From: Bugula neritina
Taxonomy: Eukaryota > Animalia > Bryozoa
DNA length: 64,000 nt
Direction: 5' to 3'
Assembly: GCA_964035545.1 (NCBI GenBank)
Contig: OZ037772.1
Coordinates: 7,238,889-7,302,888, forward strand
The stretch's first letter is position 1; every line of letters begins with the position of its first letter. The notes beneath the pieces were generated by a model, which worked only from the letters and a program-made list of their open reading frames with translations, did not search any database and was not told the origin of the DNA. Position numbers and translations under genes: made by a program. Shown piece after piece: positions 14,301-64,000 of this stretch.

Positions 14301-16305
14301 GCAACCCATATTTGAATGCCGCACACATGCACATAGTACTCAATACTCAACCATGTAAGCACAGAACAGAGTGCACTTGCTGCTCACATTTTCAATATAG
14401 AAATGATATATTGTAAATCATACAATAGTTCTATCGCAGGATATGGTAATTGAAGGCAGAAAGCTCAAGTTACTCTAGAAGTTATGGATTTTGCCAAAGC
14501 TAAACAGCTTGCATGTTACTTATTATTTATACTTACTGTCAAATGTTTGTGACAGTAAAGTTTGGGACAGCCAGTGCAGTACGACTCAGCTAGAGCGTCA
14601 CATACATCACACAGTGTGAAGCTTTTTCTTTTTTCTTTTTGGCTGTATGGCTGTAGCTCATCTAATGCTACGTCAAAGGTTTCTCTAAAATAATCCACTA
14701 TTATTTTGTGGAGAACAATCATTATTTAGTGAAAACATAGTAAATAAAATCTTGTGTGTTAAAATCATTTAAAAAACTCCAGTAAAGGTAGAGCGGTAAA
14801 GTCAAAGCCTACAGAAAATTTCATTTTCATGTGATCAGAAATCCGAAATCATTTCAGTATACATACTCGCACAAAATTCATTATAAAACAAAATTGTTTA
14901 GGCATCGAACCTTCAAACAGTATGGAAATAAAAACTAACATAATTATATATGAATATATTTTAGTATTGCGTAAGTGAAGTATGTCAGGGATTCTTTAGG
15001 CAGCTGGTATAATTTGAGGGTTATTGCATAAATAAAACTACTGACTGCATAGAAGTTTTGGCAAATTTGGAAGTGTTAGAAGTATATGTACGCAGGCCGA
15101 TTTTTTCAGCCAATTTTGTACTTGTCGATTTTGCTATTGCTGATTGAAAAATCAGTTATAAATCCAAACGATTTTTATTTTCAGAGTTATTTTCTTGTTT
15201 CTATTTTTTGGCGAATGGCTCTCAGTCTATATAACTTTTTTACTATAACTTTCTAGTCAAAAACAACTTATCACACATATAGATTTTACAAATTACCATC
15301 AGTTAACAAGGAGTGAGATTATGTGATAACTACTACTATATAATTCATAGGAATACAGCCATGCATTTATTACAAGATGTTTGTTTAGCTACTCATTTTC
15401 TGTTACGTGATCATAAGTATTGCCTTTATTACACCTTCATAAAACTGATAGCAGATCAGCCTGAGTAAAGAATAACACTCTTCCTAGCAACTAGCAGTAG
15501 TTCAGCATAGCCGTCATTTAGTTATATGAAAAGTTTCATGATGTAAATCTCTAGCTGAAACATGTTATAGTATTTTACAGATACTAAAACCAAAGTGCAG
15601 CCGTCAAAATGTGTCACTCTTTTAAGCTGAAACAGTGTAAGGAAATTATTATTAATTTATCCAATCTAAAGTTAGGGAGCACCTGTTGCTATATGTCAGA
15701 GTTCTTTCACACAGAATCACTTGTTATTATAAAATAGTACACAATGCTGTTTAAGTAGTACATGTAAAACTCAACTTATAATAACAAGCAAGTGTTCATG
15801 TTTTCATACAAGGAAAACCTGTTGATTACTTTATACATACCTACACAGTGAGCACCTGTTGACTAGTGTATACATACCTACACAAAGGGCACCTGTTGAC
15901 TAGTGTATACATACATACACAAAGGGCACCTGTTGACCACTGTATACATACCTACATATAAAGGACACCTGTTGACTAGTGTGTACATACCTACATATAA
16001 AGGGCACCTGTTAACAAGTGTATACATAGTACATACCTACGCAAATGGCACCTGTTGATGAGTGTATACCTACCCATACGAGGGGCACCTGTTGACAAGT
16101 GTATACAAACCTACACAAAGGGCACCTGTTGACAAGTGTTTACATACCTACACAAAGGGCACCTTATGAAGTCATTGTTGCCATAGCAATTTCTCAAACA
16201 CAGGAAGCAGAAAGTGTGTAAACAAGGCAGAGCTGTTGGCTCTCTCATGTCATTCCGGCAAATAGAGCACTCAGTGTCATTTGTCATATTTGCTGCTGAT
16301 GCCAT
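8310..16305 (-). CDS. TRIM/RBCC E3 ubiquitin ligase: RING, B-box1, B-box2, coiled coil, NHL-like beta-propeller (~610 aa)
   Basis: Coding exons on -: 16305-16148 (C3HC4 RING CSIC...CLHTFCFLC...CPLC); 14684-14537 and 14043-13857 (B-box1 CDVC..CTGC..CHKH..H..H, B-box2 CTTH..CRRC..CEKC..C..H); 13475-13288, 12719-12549 and 11667-11559 (heptad-rich coiled coil/linker); 9667-8930 and 8443-8310 (beta-strand repeats such as VTSICVTDANSVIISDSGKSRIFKID, ending NVLFYHIY*). All junctions are gt-ag with compatible phases; total 1833 nt. The propeller assignment is by pattern only. Confidence 0.88.
10182..10370 (+). mobile_element. tRNA-derived SINE, diverged copy
   Basis: Has the head GAAGCAGCCAAGGTCTAG, GATGTTGGGAAGAGC and TTCTCACAG..ATAGTGAC..TAAACTTG, matching the 63683 copy. 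Confidence 0.6.
11317..11510 (+). mobile_element. tRNA-derived SINE copy in a TRIM intron
   Basis: GGGAGCAGCTGTAGTCTAGGGGTGAGAGC...GTCATGGGTTTCGATCC...GATGTTAGGAAGGGCAT...GGTTCTCACGGGGATGGGGACTATGAA. Confidence 0.75.
13540..13720. repeat. Degenerate AGTTGCCATTT tandem repeat next to a TRIM acceptor
   Basis: Repeated TAGTTG(C/T)CA units. Confidence 0.7.
15815..16163 (-). repeat. 37-bp tandem repeat derived from the RING exon 3' end plus donor site
   Basis: Unit CATACCTACACAAAGGGCACCTGTTGACTAGTGTATA, about 9 copies. The last copy overlaps the real exon end (CPLCR|gtatgt). Confidence 0.92.
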
Positions 16306-17678
16306 TGTTAGGGAAAACTGCGCTTCTCCGAGTCAATTGATTTATGCCTGTAAAATTTGAAGAACAGTTTTAATTAATGTTTTTCTAAAATCAAATATAT
16401 ATATATATATATATATATAAGTTTAAAATACATCTTAGGCTTTGCATGTATTAAGCTTTTCTTTTAAATATTTTTTGTTCTCGAATTCAATGTTATTCCC
16501 AAAATAAATTTGTTAACTAGAATATAAAGCATAGCTGTTTATTTAGCGTTTTAGAGATTTTGTTGTTAGAAGCTGCTCCCCCTCCTATATGCAGATTAGA
16601 ATAGTCTGTTTAGTTGTTTGCTACTTTCAATTTACTTGTAGTGAATCATGTAATAGGATCGGTCAGGTAACCTTATCAAAATTCTTGCTAATCATCGCAA
16701 CTTCCACCTTAGAAAGCTAAGATGATGCAAGAGGTTAGTTTTAAACTTATATAAATGGTAGGGTGAAACAGATATTGTCAGGAACAAAGTACAACAATAT
16801 AAGCTATGAAAAGCAGCTATATAGATAATGTGATTGTAAATGTTTTCGCCCACAAAGGCTTGCTAATTTCTTATCAAATAATCTTTTAGAAAAACCAATT
16901 TCAATTCTATAAATTTAAAATTAACTTATTGCTACATATTATTTTTCAAATTTATTTATGTATAATTTGTTTTTTTAAAGTATCGCACAAGATATTGCAA
17001 GATTTAGCTTGAGTTTTTGATTTTCAGAAGCCAGTTCTAACAACATGGGTAAAATAGCAAAATTTTGGCTAGTTTCCAGGACTGGGATATACAGGCTAAA
17101 GGGTGTATAATTTAAAATTTAAAGCCTAGTCAATCTATGCATTTCTAAAAAGTTGTTCTAGACCTCAGTGAAAAAGTCTAGCTGATTTTATAACAGCGAC
17201 AGCACATTAAGTATAGTCGTATATACTGTGAGTATAATGGCTGTATTTACTATATACTACTTGCTGATACTTGTTATCAAAAAAAAAAGCAACCACTAAA
17301 TTATGAAAACCTACGATATTCAACATAGTGTAAAGAATAAAACAGACTATAAATTAATAAACTTATCAAAACATTTTGAAAGATGCTCTACAATATATGA
17401 CCTGCTATTCTTTCTTACTGATCTTGAATCTACTACAATTATACACATACTACAAAAAGAATGATTGCTAGGAACTACTAAAGTTGAATACACAATTATA
17501 TAAGTATATACATGTATTACCTAATGTTACGGTACACATTCTTAGCTGGCTTCTTTTAAATGCACACATGCATTAATCTTATAGCAAAACATCAATCGGA
17601 ACATAATGCATGCTGTTGAAAAGATCGCACAGATTTTGAGACAGACAAACAAATTAATGTTGACAAACATAGACTTAC

Positions 17679-17770
17679 CTCAAGATTAAATTAGGTTATA
17701 GCTAGAAGGTGTTTGCTAGAATCACCCGGACAGGGCAGTAACTGCACCCAGCTGTAGCAAAGCTCCTATC
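17679..17770 (-). other. Putative non-coding first exon of the TRIM gene
   Basis: Strong donor GAG|GTAAGT (ACTTAC at 17673-17678). A matching acceptor cag lies at 16350-16348, 42 nt before the ATG. The 5' boundary is approximate. Confidence 0.55.
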
Positions 17771-17784
17771 ACAACTGTGACTAT

Positions 17785-17950
17785 GTTATTATATAATGTT
17801 AATATGTGGCTGTTATAATGTTTTGACTCACTTTATACATATATGCACCTATGAGGAAGTTTCTGTAGTTATAGAAACTGTTCATTCCAAAAATCAGGGT
17901 TACTGGAAATTCCCCCTTATTGCATCATTACAATGAGATGGGACTTCCCC
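17785..17950 (-). promoter_or_regulatory. Putative immune/stress-inducible promoter of the TRIM gene
   Basis: TATA-like TATATAA (17795-17789) and TATAAA (17837-17832) on -; AP-1 TGACTCA 17824-17830; ETS GAGGAAGT 17853-17860; kB GGAAATTCCC 17905-17914; C/EBP-ATF ATTGCATCA 17919-17927; kB GGGACTTCCC 17940-17949. Confidence 0.6.
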
Positions 17951-18329
17951 AATCTTCCACTCCTTTCCACATGCTGGTAGTAAAAATAACTGTTATATGA
18001 TTGAAATCTTCGAATTGCCTAATTTTGAATTTGAATGTACCAGTGCATACAAACTTGCACAAGTGATCGGATTGAGTCATTATTGCCATGACAACCTTTC
18101 AAACACAGATAGTGAAATGTGTGTAAACTTGGCTATACCTGCAGATTGTGGCTTATCAAAGGTAAGATAACCAATACTACTTGTATAAGAAGTTGCAGTA
18201 CATATATATTTATGAAGGATCTTAAAGCCATGATGCAGCAAAATAATAAGCTATAATTAAAAAATAATTATGAGAAGCATCAAGTTGTGAAGGAGATAAC
18301 TCCAGTCAAATAGAAAGTTTCATTATATT

Positions 18330-18698
<369 letters not shown>

Positions 18699-18912
18699 CT
18701 TGTCCTCTTTCTCAGAAGAAACAGCAGGGCTGTTGCAGTTTGGCCTTTATAGAAGCTGCCAGAGCAAACTGTAAACAACAACAGGCTGTTCCAACTCCAG
18801 ATTTGTCCTTGGGATTCACTCGCCAGGCCTTTCTTTGGTTAGGTATATGCAACAAGACAGCAAAGGTCTGAGATTTGAGTTTTTTTCTCCTAGCCCTAGA
18901 TAAGCTGTCTCT

Positions 18913-18914
<2 letters not shown>

Positions 18915-18989
<75 letters not shown>

Positions 18990-18995
18990 TATATA
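18915..18995. repeat. (AT)n microsatellite
   Basis: Read directly. Confidence 0.98.
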
Positions 18996-19066
18996 GATTT
19001 AAAAGAGCACATTTAAGTGGCATCTGTCTTATTTGGGCATACCTTACGTGGTTCTGTAAAAAAAAT

Positions 19067-19250
<184 letters not shown>

Positions 19251-20059
19251 ATTTTTTTTCTTTTATTTTTTTTTCTCATGTTAATGCACTAATTAAATAG
19301 CTTTTTAAATAGTATGTATATATGTAATTTGCAACCCAAGGAAATAAATCACTGCATATATTATAAATATCAACTAATTTTAAAACAAACACATAAAATA
19401 TTTTATTGAATAAGCTAACTACGGTACATGTTGTTGTACATTTTATTAGCTCATCAAATGTGTACACGCATTGTTACTACTTTTACAAAAAGTAACTAGC
19501 ATTTTCTAAAATATGGAGAATTAATTAGCTATAATCATAAACATAACAATGTTATAGCTTTCTGTTAGGACTATAGAATTAGTTATGTCATAGGTAATGA
19601 TAAAAAACCTAGGTTAGCTGTATATAATTAATTTATGTAATACGGTGTAAATAACTGTGTAAGTTCATTTACATAGAATTTAAAATTTCATCATACAGCT
19701 ATGCATACTTTATAGCTGATTATTGAAGGAATTATGAATGCTTGCATACATGATATATTGTAATTATAAAGAGTAAAATTCTAATAATGCTCAGGTTTAT
19801 TATAATCATTATTAAAACTGCACCAACAAGCAAGATTATAGTTATAGTTTAGTATGGAAAATCTATATACAATATAAGTAATATAATACTGAACATAATT
19901 GTAATGTATATTTGCGGCTTAACCCACTATCATTGGTATTACGTGATGACTTATATTTTATTACAATGTTGCAAATATTATTATTCATCAAAGTTCTAGT
20001 CAATGTATAATTATGTTATGTAACAGTAGCTTATATTACATATTGGAACCTATATAGTA

Positions 20060-20436
20060 TTACGCCACAACTGCGTTGACGCTGGTCAATTTGGGAGTTA
20101 TAGTCTCCGAGAAAACTAGAGGGAGTTATATACCCATTACCTGCGATCACCTGTTGCTTCCAGCGCGCAATAATATTACTACGCACGTGATAGGTCTACC
20201 CGTAATAGAATCTCAATGCCATTGTCTAACGAGGTAAAAACAACTTCAACGATTGCTACTAAATAACCGAGCTCAAATATTAGCACCACTCCAACTCACT
20301 ACAAACGGATTTCCACCGGATTTTACTCACGTTTTTGGATACTTTTTAGTGCTGTTAGCGATGACATAACCTCTGAAAGTGGATTAGGATTAAAGTTCTT
20401 CTAATGGTAGCCATAGTTCTCCTGCCCGTGGATAGA
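20060..20436 (+). promoter_or_regulatory. Putative Notch promoter/5' UTR
   Basis: Locally CpG-richer segment upstream of the signal-peptide exon, with E-boxes CACCTG (~20148) and CACGTG (~20185) and a minimal uORF ATG ACA TAA at 20361-20369. Confidence 0.45.
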
Positions 20437-60458
<40,022 letters not shown>

Positions 60459-60909
60459 AACCTTTAAGTAGTCTAGAATATTATTAAATACAAACTTTTA
60501 TATTATATATTTCTCATGCCAACAAGTTACAGAAGCTAGGAGCCAAGGCCACGTTGTTATAAATGTACCAAAGGTGGTCGGCCATTATTTTTTAATTTAT
60601 CTTAGCAGAAGCACGCGTAGATTGTACAAAGGTAGTGTTTTTACGTCAAAGATCTGTTTTCCCTTCATAATGGCTCATTTTACTTTATTACGTTTCTACT
60701 TACCGAGCAAAATGGCCGCCGAACGCATCAGTAGCCGTAGCGACAAGTTTACTTATTAAACGTTACTCTGCATAACACACGTAGTCATTCTTGTAGATAT
60801 TTTTCCAATTTTTAATTAACTGATGTATATTATCTTTTTTATTAGGGTCTTTGTGTCAGTTTGCAAACATATCCCTGTACAAAACACTATCTGCTGAAGT
60901 TGGAATATG

Positions 60910-60915
60910 AATAAA
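60910..60915 (+). terminator. Candidate Notch poly(A) signal (another at 61183-61188)
   Basis: AATAAA about 450 and 725 nt after the stop codon. Confidence 0.45.
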
Positions 60916-61593
60916 TAAATTAGAATTAAACTATTACATTTCTCTCACCTGCTGCTTTAAATGTATTTTATAGAGATCTCTGACTGGTTGTTTATTTCAT
61001 TTGAAATGTTTGTTTGTGTTTAAATGAGTCATTGTATAGAACAAAGTTTCAACTAGTAACTTTTTACTCTTATTGACTGATTATGTATACATTTCCTCTT
61101 TATACACAAGCAATATGTATATTTTATGTCATTTTTATATATTATTGGCTAATATAATATATTTCTTTTTACTTGTACAGATAATAAATTAAAATCATGC
61201 AGTTTACTTCAACAGCTATCAGATTCTATACTCGTTCAGTTTGTTAACTTTGGACAAAAACTTGTAGCTTTTTACACTTCGAGAGGTGGCTGCTTAACCT
61301 TTGAACTTTTCTTTGATGTGCTGTCTCTACTCATATCACTTGTTTCCAGTTTTCCATTCCCTAAAAAGTCTAGCTCATGATTTTGGCACTGTATGGTAAT
61401 GGATTGCATTTAAAGATTTATTGTCTAAATCTCTAAGAGAATGACAAACTAAGTAACAGTTGCAGTGCTGGAACACAGGCTTCATAAGTTATTTTCATGA
61501 GCAATTATCAGTTCTGATAAGCTGTTCAACTTCTAAGCTAATTAATTAATTACCCAGTCACAATTTCTTTGCCAGCCAACTCTAGAAATATAA

Positions 61594-61808
61594 AAAAACT
61601 CACGCAAGCTTATAGTCGCTATCCCTGTGAGAAAACCCCTGATAGAAAGGGTTTTTGTTAAAGCAGACTGAGGGCTTATTTAAATAAGGCACAGGAGCAA
61701 TTATGACTGGATGCTCTTCCTAATATCACCAATGGCCTTTGTCTGGGCTCGAACCCATGACCTTCGTGCTTACTAGGCAAACGCTCTAACCCCCTAGACC
61801 ACTGCTGC
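61594..61808 (-). mobile_element. tRNA-Thr-derived SINE, young copy
   Basis: Close reverse complement of 63683-63893, flanked by AATATAA direct repeats (61587-61593 / 61809-61815). Confidence 0.9.
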
Positions 61809-62394
61809 AATATAAGAGGGTTGCTGTTTGTTGTTGGGTTGCAAGCAAAACCGTACAAGAGGGAACAACTGCTGTTAGAAATCCCTCCCTTTTTTATTTA
61901 GGCTATACTTGGACAGTATTGGAACTGACAATTAAGTTAGCTTCAACTTATCCAAACAATTTAAGAAGTCAGCTAAATATAGCTTTTGGGTTTCCATAGA
62001 TTGAAAGTAAATGCTAAAAATAAACATTAAAATATTCAACATATTTTATTGCATGGATAAATTATAATATGTTATATTATGAATATATGAAATTGATGTT
62101 TATTTAGATTAAAGCGCCCATGTAAAGCTTTGTTGCTATGGTTACATAATGTTGTCATCTTGTTGAAACAACTAGCAATGCCAGTTGGCTATGAAATAAG
62201 TTTGCTACCACAAGCCATTTCCTTATTTTATTGTTACTATATTATAGTACTTCTGTCTGCAATAGTAAAAATATAAAAAGCCTGAACTTTTTCTCACTAA
62301 TTAATATAACAGTGAAACAATATTTTTTTCATGAAATTATTTCATTAAAGTTATAATTATTAGCTTAGATTTAGCAAATACTCTTATTATAATA

Positions 62395-62675
62395 AACTAT
62401 AGAAATTTATTCATATATGTTACAATAGTACTATAGTAATATATTATATGTTGCAATAGCATAATAATATATATTCTACGATAGTACTATAGCAATATAT
62501 TACATGCTGCAATAGCACAATAATATATATGCTACAATAGTACTATAGTAATATATTATATGTTGCGATAGCATAATAATATATATTCTACAATAGTACT
62601 ATAGTAATATATTATATGTTGCAATAGTATAATAATATATATGCTACAATAGTATAGTAATATATATGCTACAAA
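62395..62675. repeat. 56-bp AT-rich minisatellite
   Basis: About 4.5 copies of TACAATAGTACTATAGTAATATATTATATGTTGCAATAGCATAATAATATATATTC. Confidence 0.9.
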
Positions 62676-63682
62676 AGTGAAGAGAGGTAGGAATAAGTGA
62701 TGACATCATGTTCCAGTGGCCAAGCGCACCTGTTGAGCCTGTCACAGGTGGTGTCATGTTGGTGTCATAAGTACTCATACTTTTCACAGGAAAGCTTTCA
62801 TTATCTGTATGCTAGAGTATTATAAGCATAGCCAGCTTGAATACTCTCAATATTAGGTTCTTACAGGGACTGTGAGGTTATGAAGGGCATTAGACATAAT
62901 AGTATAACATAAGGTGCATGTAATTATGTTTCTGTTAACAACTTTAAATTGCCACCCAGGGTGTGCAAATTTCTTATTTAACTACTGAACAGAGAGAAAG
63001 GCTATAATTTATGGCTGTTGTCGGTTTCTCACCAGATGCTCAGATATTGTTCAACAGGACTGCATCCTCTAAAGTCTAAACTCCAACACCTATGCATTAG
63101 TTAAGTTTAAAGTCATGTCACCTGTTTCCAACAAAAATAATTACAGTGTATGACTGGTTTGTGAACTTTCATATTATATATATGGTTGTTTGTAGCTAAA
63201 CAGAACATATGAAAGAAAACTTTGTATTGTATAATATAATACTGAATGTATGCTGTGAGCCATTAGAAAAATCATTGGAATAGAAGATATATTAGTTTTT
63301 AGACCTTAAGGCATTACAAAAATACTACTTATAGCTGCTACAAAAATGTATAAGCAATAATAAAATGATGAATTAAAATTGACTGAGATTTGAATCCTTT
63401 GCAAAATACATAAGTACGAAAGCAAAATAAACTTCGTATAATTTCCTAAATTTTTGTAGGTTCCTATAATGGCATTTTTTAGTGTATAATAAAGGTTTAA
63501 TAAATATAATTAATAACTACAGTCATGATAAACTCTATAGGTATCTCTAGTATGTTGGCCACACCCTCTCTGTAGACACAAAATCTCTTCGTAAAGTTGT
63601 ATGTGATTTGAATACAGTCCTTCCCGGGAGATGTTCTGGAGCTACAAGAAATATTACATAAAATATAATGTAACTTTTAGCT

Positions 63683-63893
63683 GTGGTCTAGGGGTTAGAG
63701 CGTTTGCCTAGTAAACATGAAGGTCATGGGTTCGAGCCCAGACAAAGGCCATTGGTGATGTTAGGAAGAGCATCCAGTCATAACTGCTCCTGTGCCTCAT
63801 TTAAATAAGTCCTTAGCCCGCTTTAACAAAAACCCTTTTTATCAGGGGTTTCTCACAGGGATAGTGACTATAAACTTGCGTGAGTTTTTTTAT
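63683..63893 (+). mobile_element. tRNA-Thr(AGT)-derived SINE, recent insertion
   Basis: A box GTGGTCTAGGGG, anticodon-loop remnant CTAGTAA, B box GGTTCGAGCC, T-rich tail, and a perfect 15-bp TSD ATGTAACTTTTAGCT (63668-63682 / 63894-63908). Confidence 0.92.
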
Positions 63894-63917
63894 ATGTAAC
63901 TTTTAGCTCTCTAAAAT

Positions 63918-64000
63918 AAAAAAGCTCATGTTAGATTATAGCCACAATTCCTGTGAGAAACCTAATGAAAAGGGTCATTTGAGTAGGCTAAGGACTTGCT
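63918..64000 (-). mobile_element. Older SINE copy of the same family, 3' end, truncated by the window edge
   Basis: TTATAGCCACAATTCCTGTGAGAAACC..GCTAAGGACTT is the reverse complement of the family tail. Confidence 0.7.

Noticed and set aside
15815-16163. 37-bp repeat array resembling CRISPR repeat length
   Set aside because: Head-to-tail units without unique spacers, derived from the adjacent exon, in a eukaryotic intron with no cas genes.
60706-60720. YY1-like motif CAAAATGGCCGCC in the Notch 3' UTR
   Set aside because: Single imperfect match without supporting context.
62690-63641. Possible - strand exons (acceptor ttcttgtag before 63641; short ag/gtgaga-bounded segment near 63030-63075)
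   Set aside because: Splice-like signals are present, but no frame gives a recognisable domain and phases could not be closed. It may be the 3' end of a neighbouring gene; RNA-seq would be needed.
63683-63745. tRNA-Thr(AGT)-like sequence (also 47826 and 61740-61808, and a tRNA-like patch at 36830-36875)
   Set aside because: No complete acceptor stem. The Thr-like copies continue into a shared non-tRNA body with a tail and TSDs, so these are SINE heads rather than tRNA genes.

Overview
AT-rich, intron-dense animal DNA, probably a lophotrochozoan-type invertebrate (taxon inferred, not shown). There are no prokaryotic features. Three protein-coding genes were reconstructed by hand from splice signals. 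(1) The last three coding exons of a GoLoco-motif Pins/LGN/AGS3 (GPSM1/2-type) gene, + strand, 5096-6678. (2) A complete 8-coding-exon TRIM gene (RING, B-box1, B-box2, coiled coil, beta-propeller-like C-terminus; about 610 aa), - strand, 16305-8310, with an NF-kB/AP-1/ETS/CEBP-ATF motif cluster upstream. (3) A complete canonical Notch receptor, + strand, 20437-60458: 43 coding exons, 6999 nt, 2332 aa, with signal peptide, 36 EGF, 3 LNR, HD, TM, RAM, ANK, polyQ and PEST; all exon phases close. Repeats include a tRNA-Thr(AGT)-derived SINE family (7 copies, some with TSDs), a hAT-like MITE, microsatellites and many minisatellites. The most unusual signal is that many intronic tandem repeats start exactly at exon-intron junctions and copy the splice site plus exon end ('splice-site echoes'); some create in-frame cryptic micro-exons or acceptors. 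Also notable: GPSM-Notch micro-synteny (as in vertebrate GPSM3-NOTCH4 and GPSM1-NOTCH1) interrupted by an immune-type TRIM, and a Notch tail lacking the canonical FBXW7 degron.
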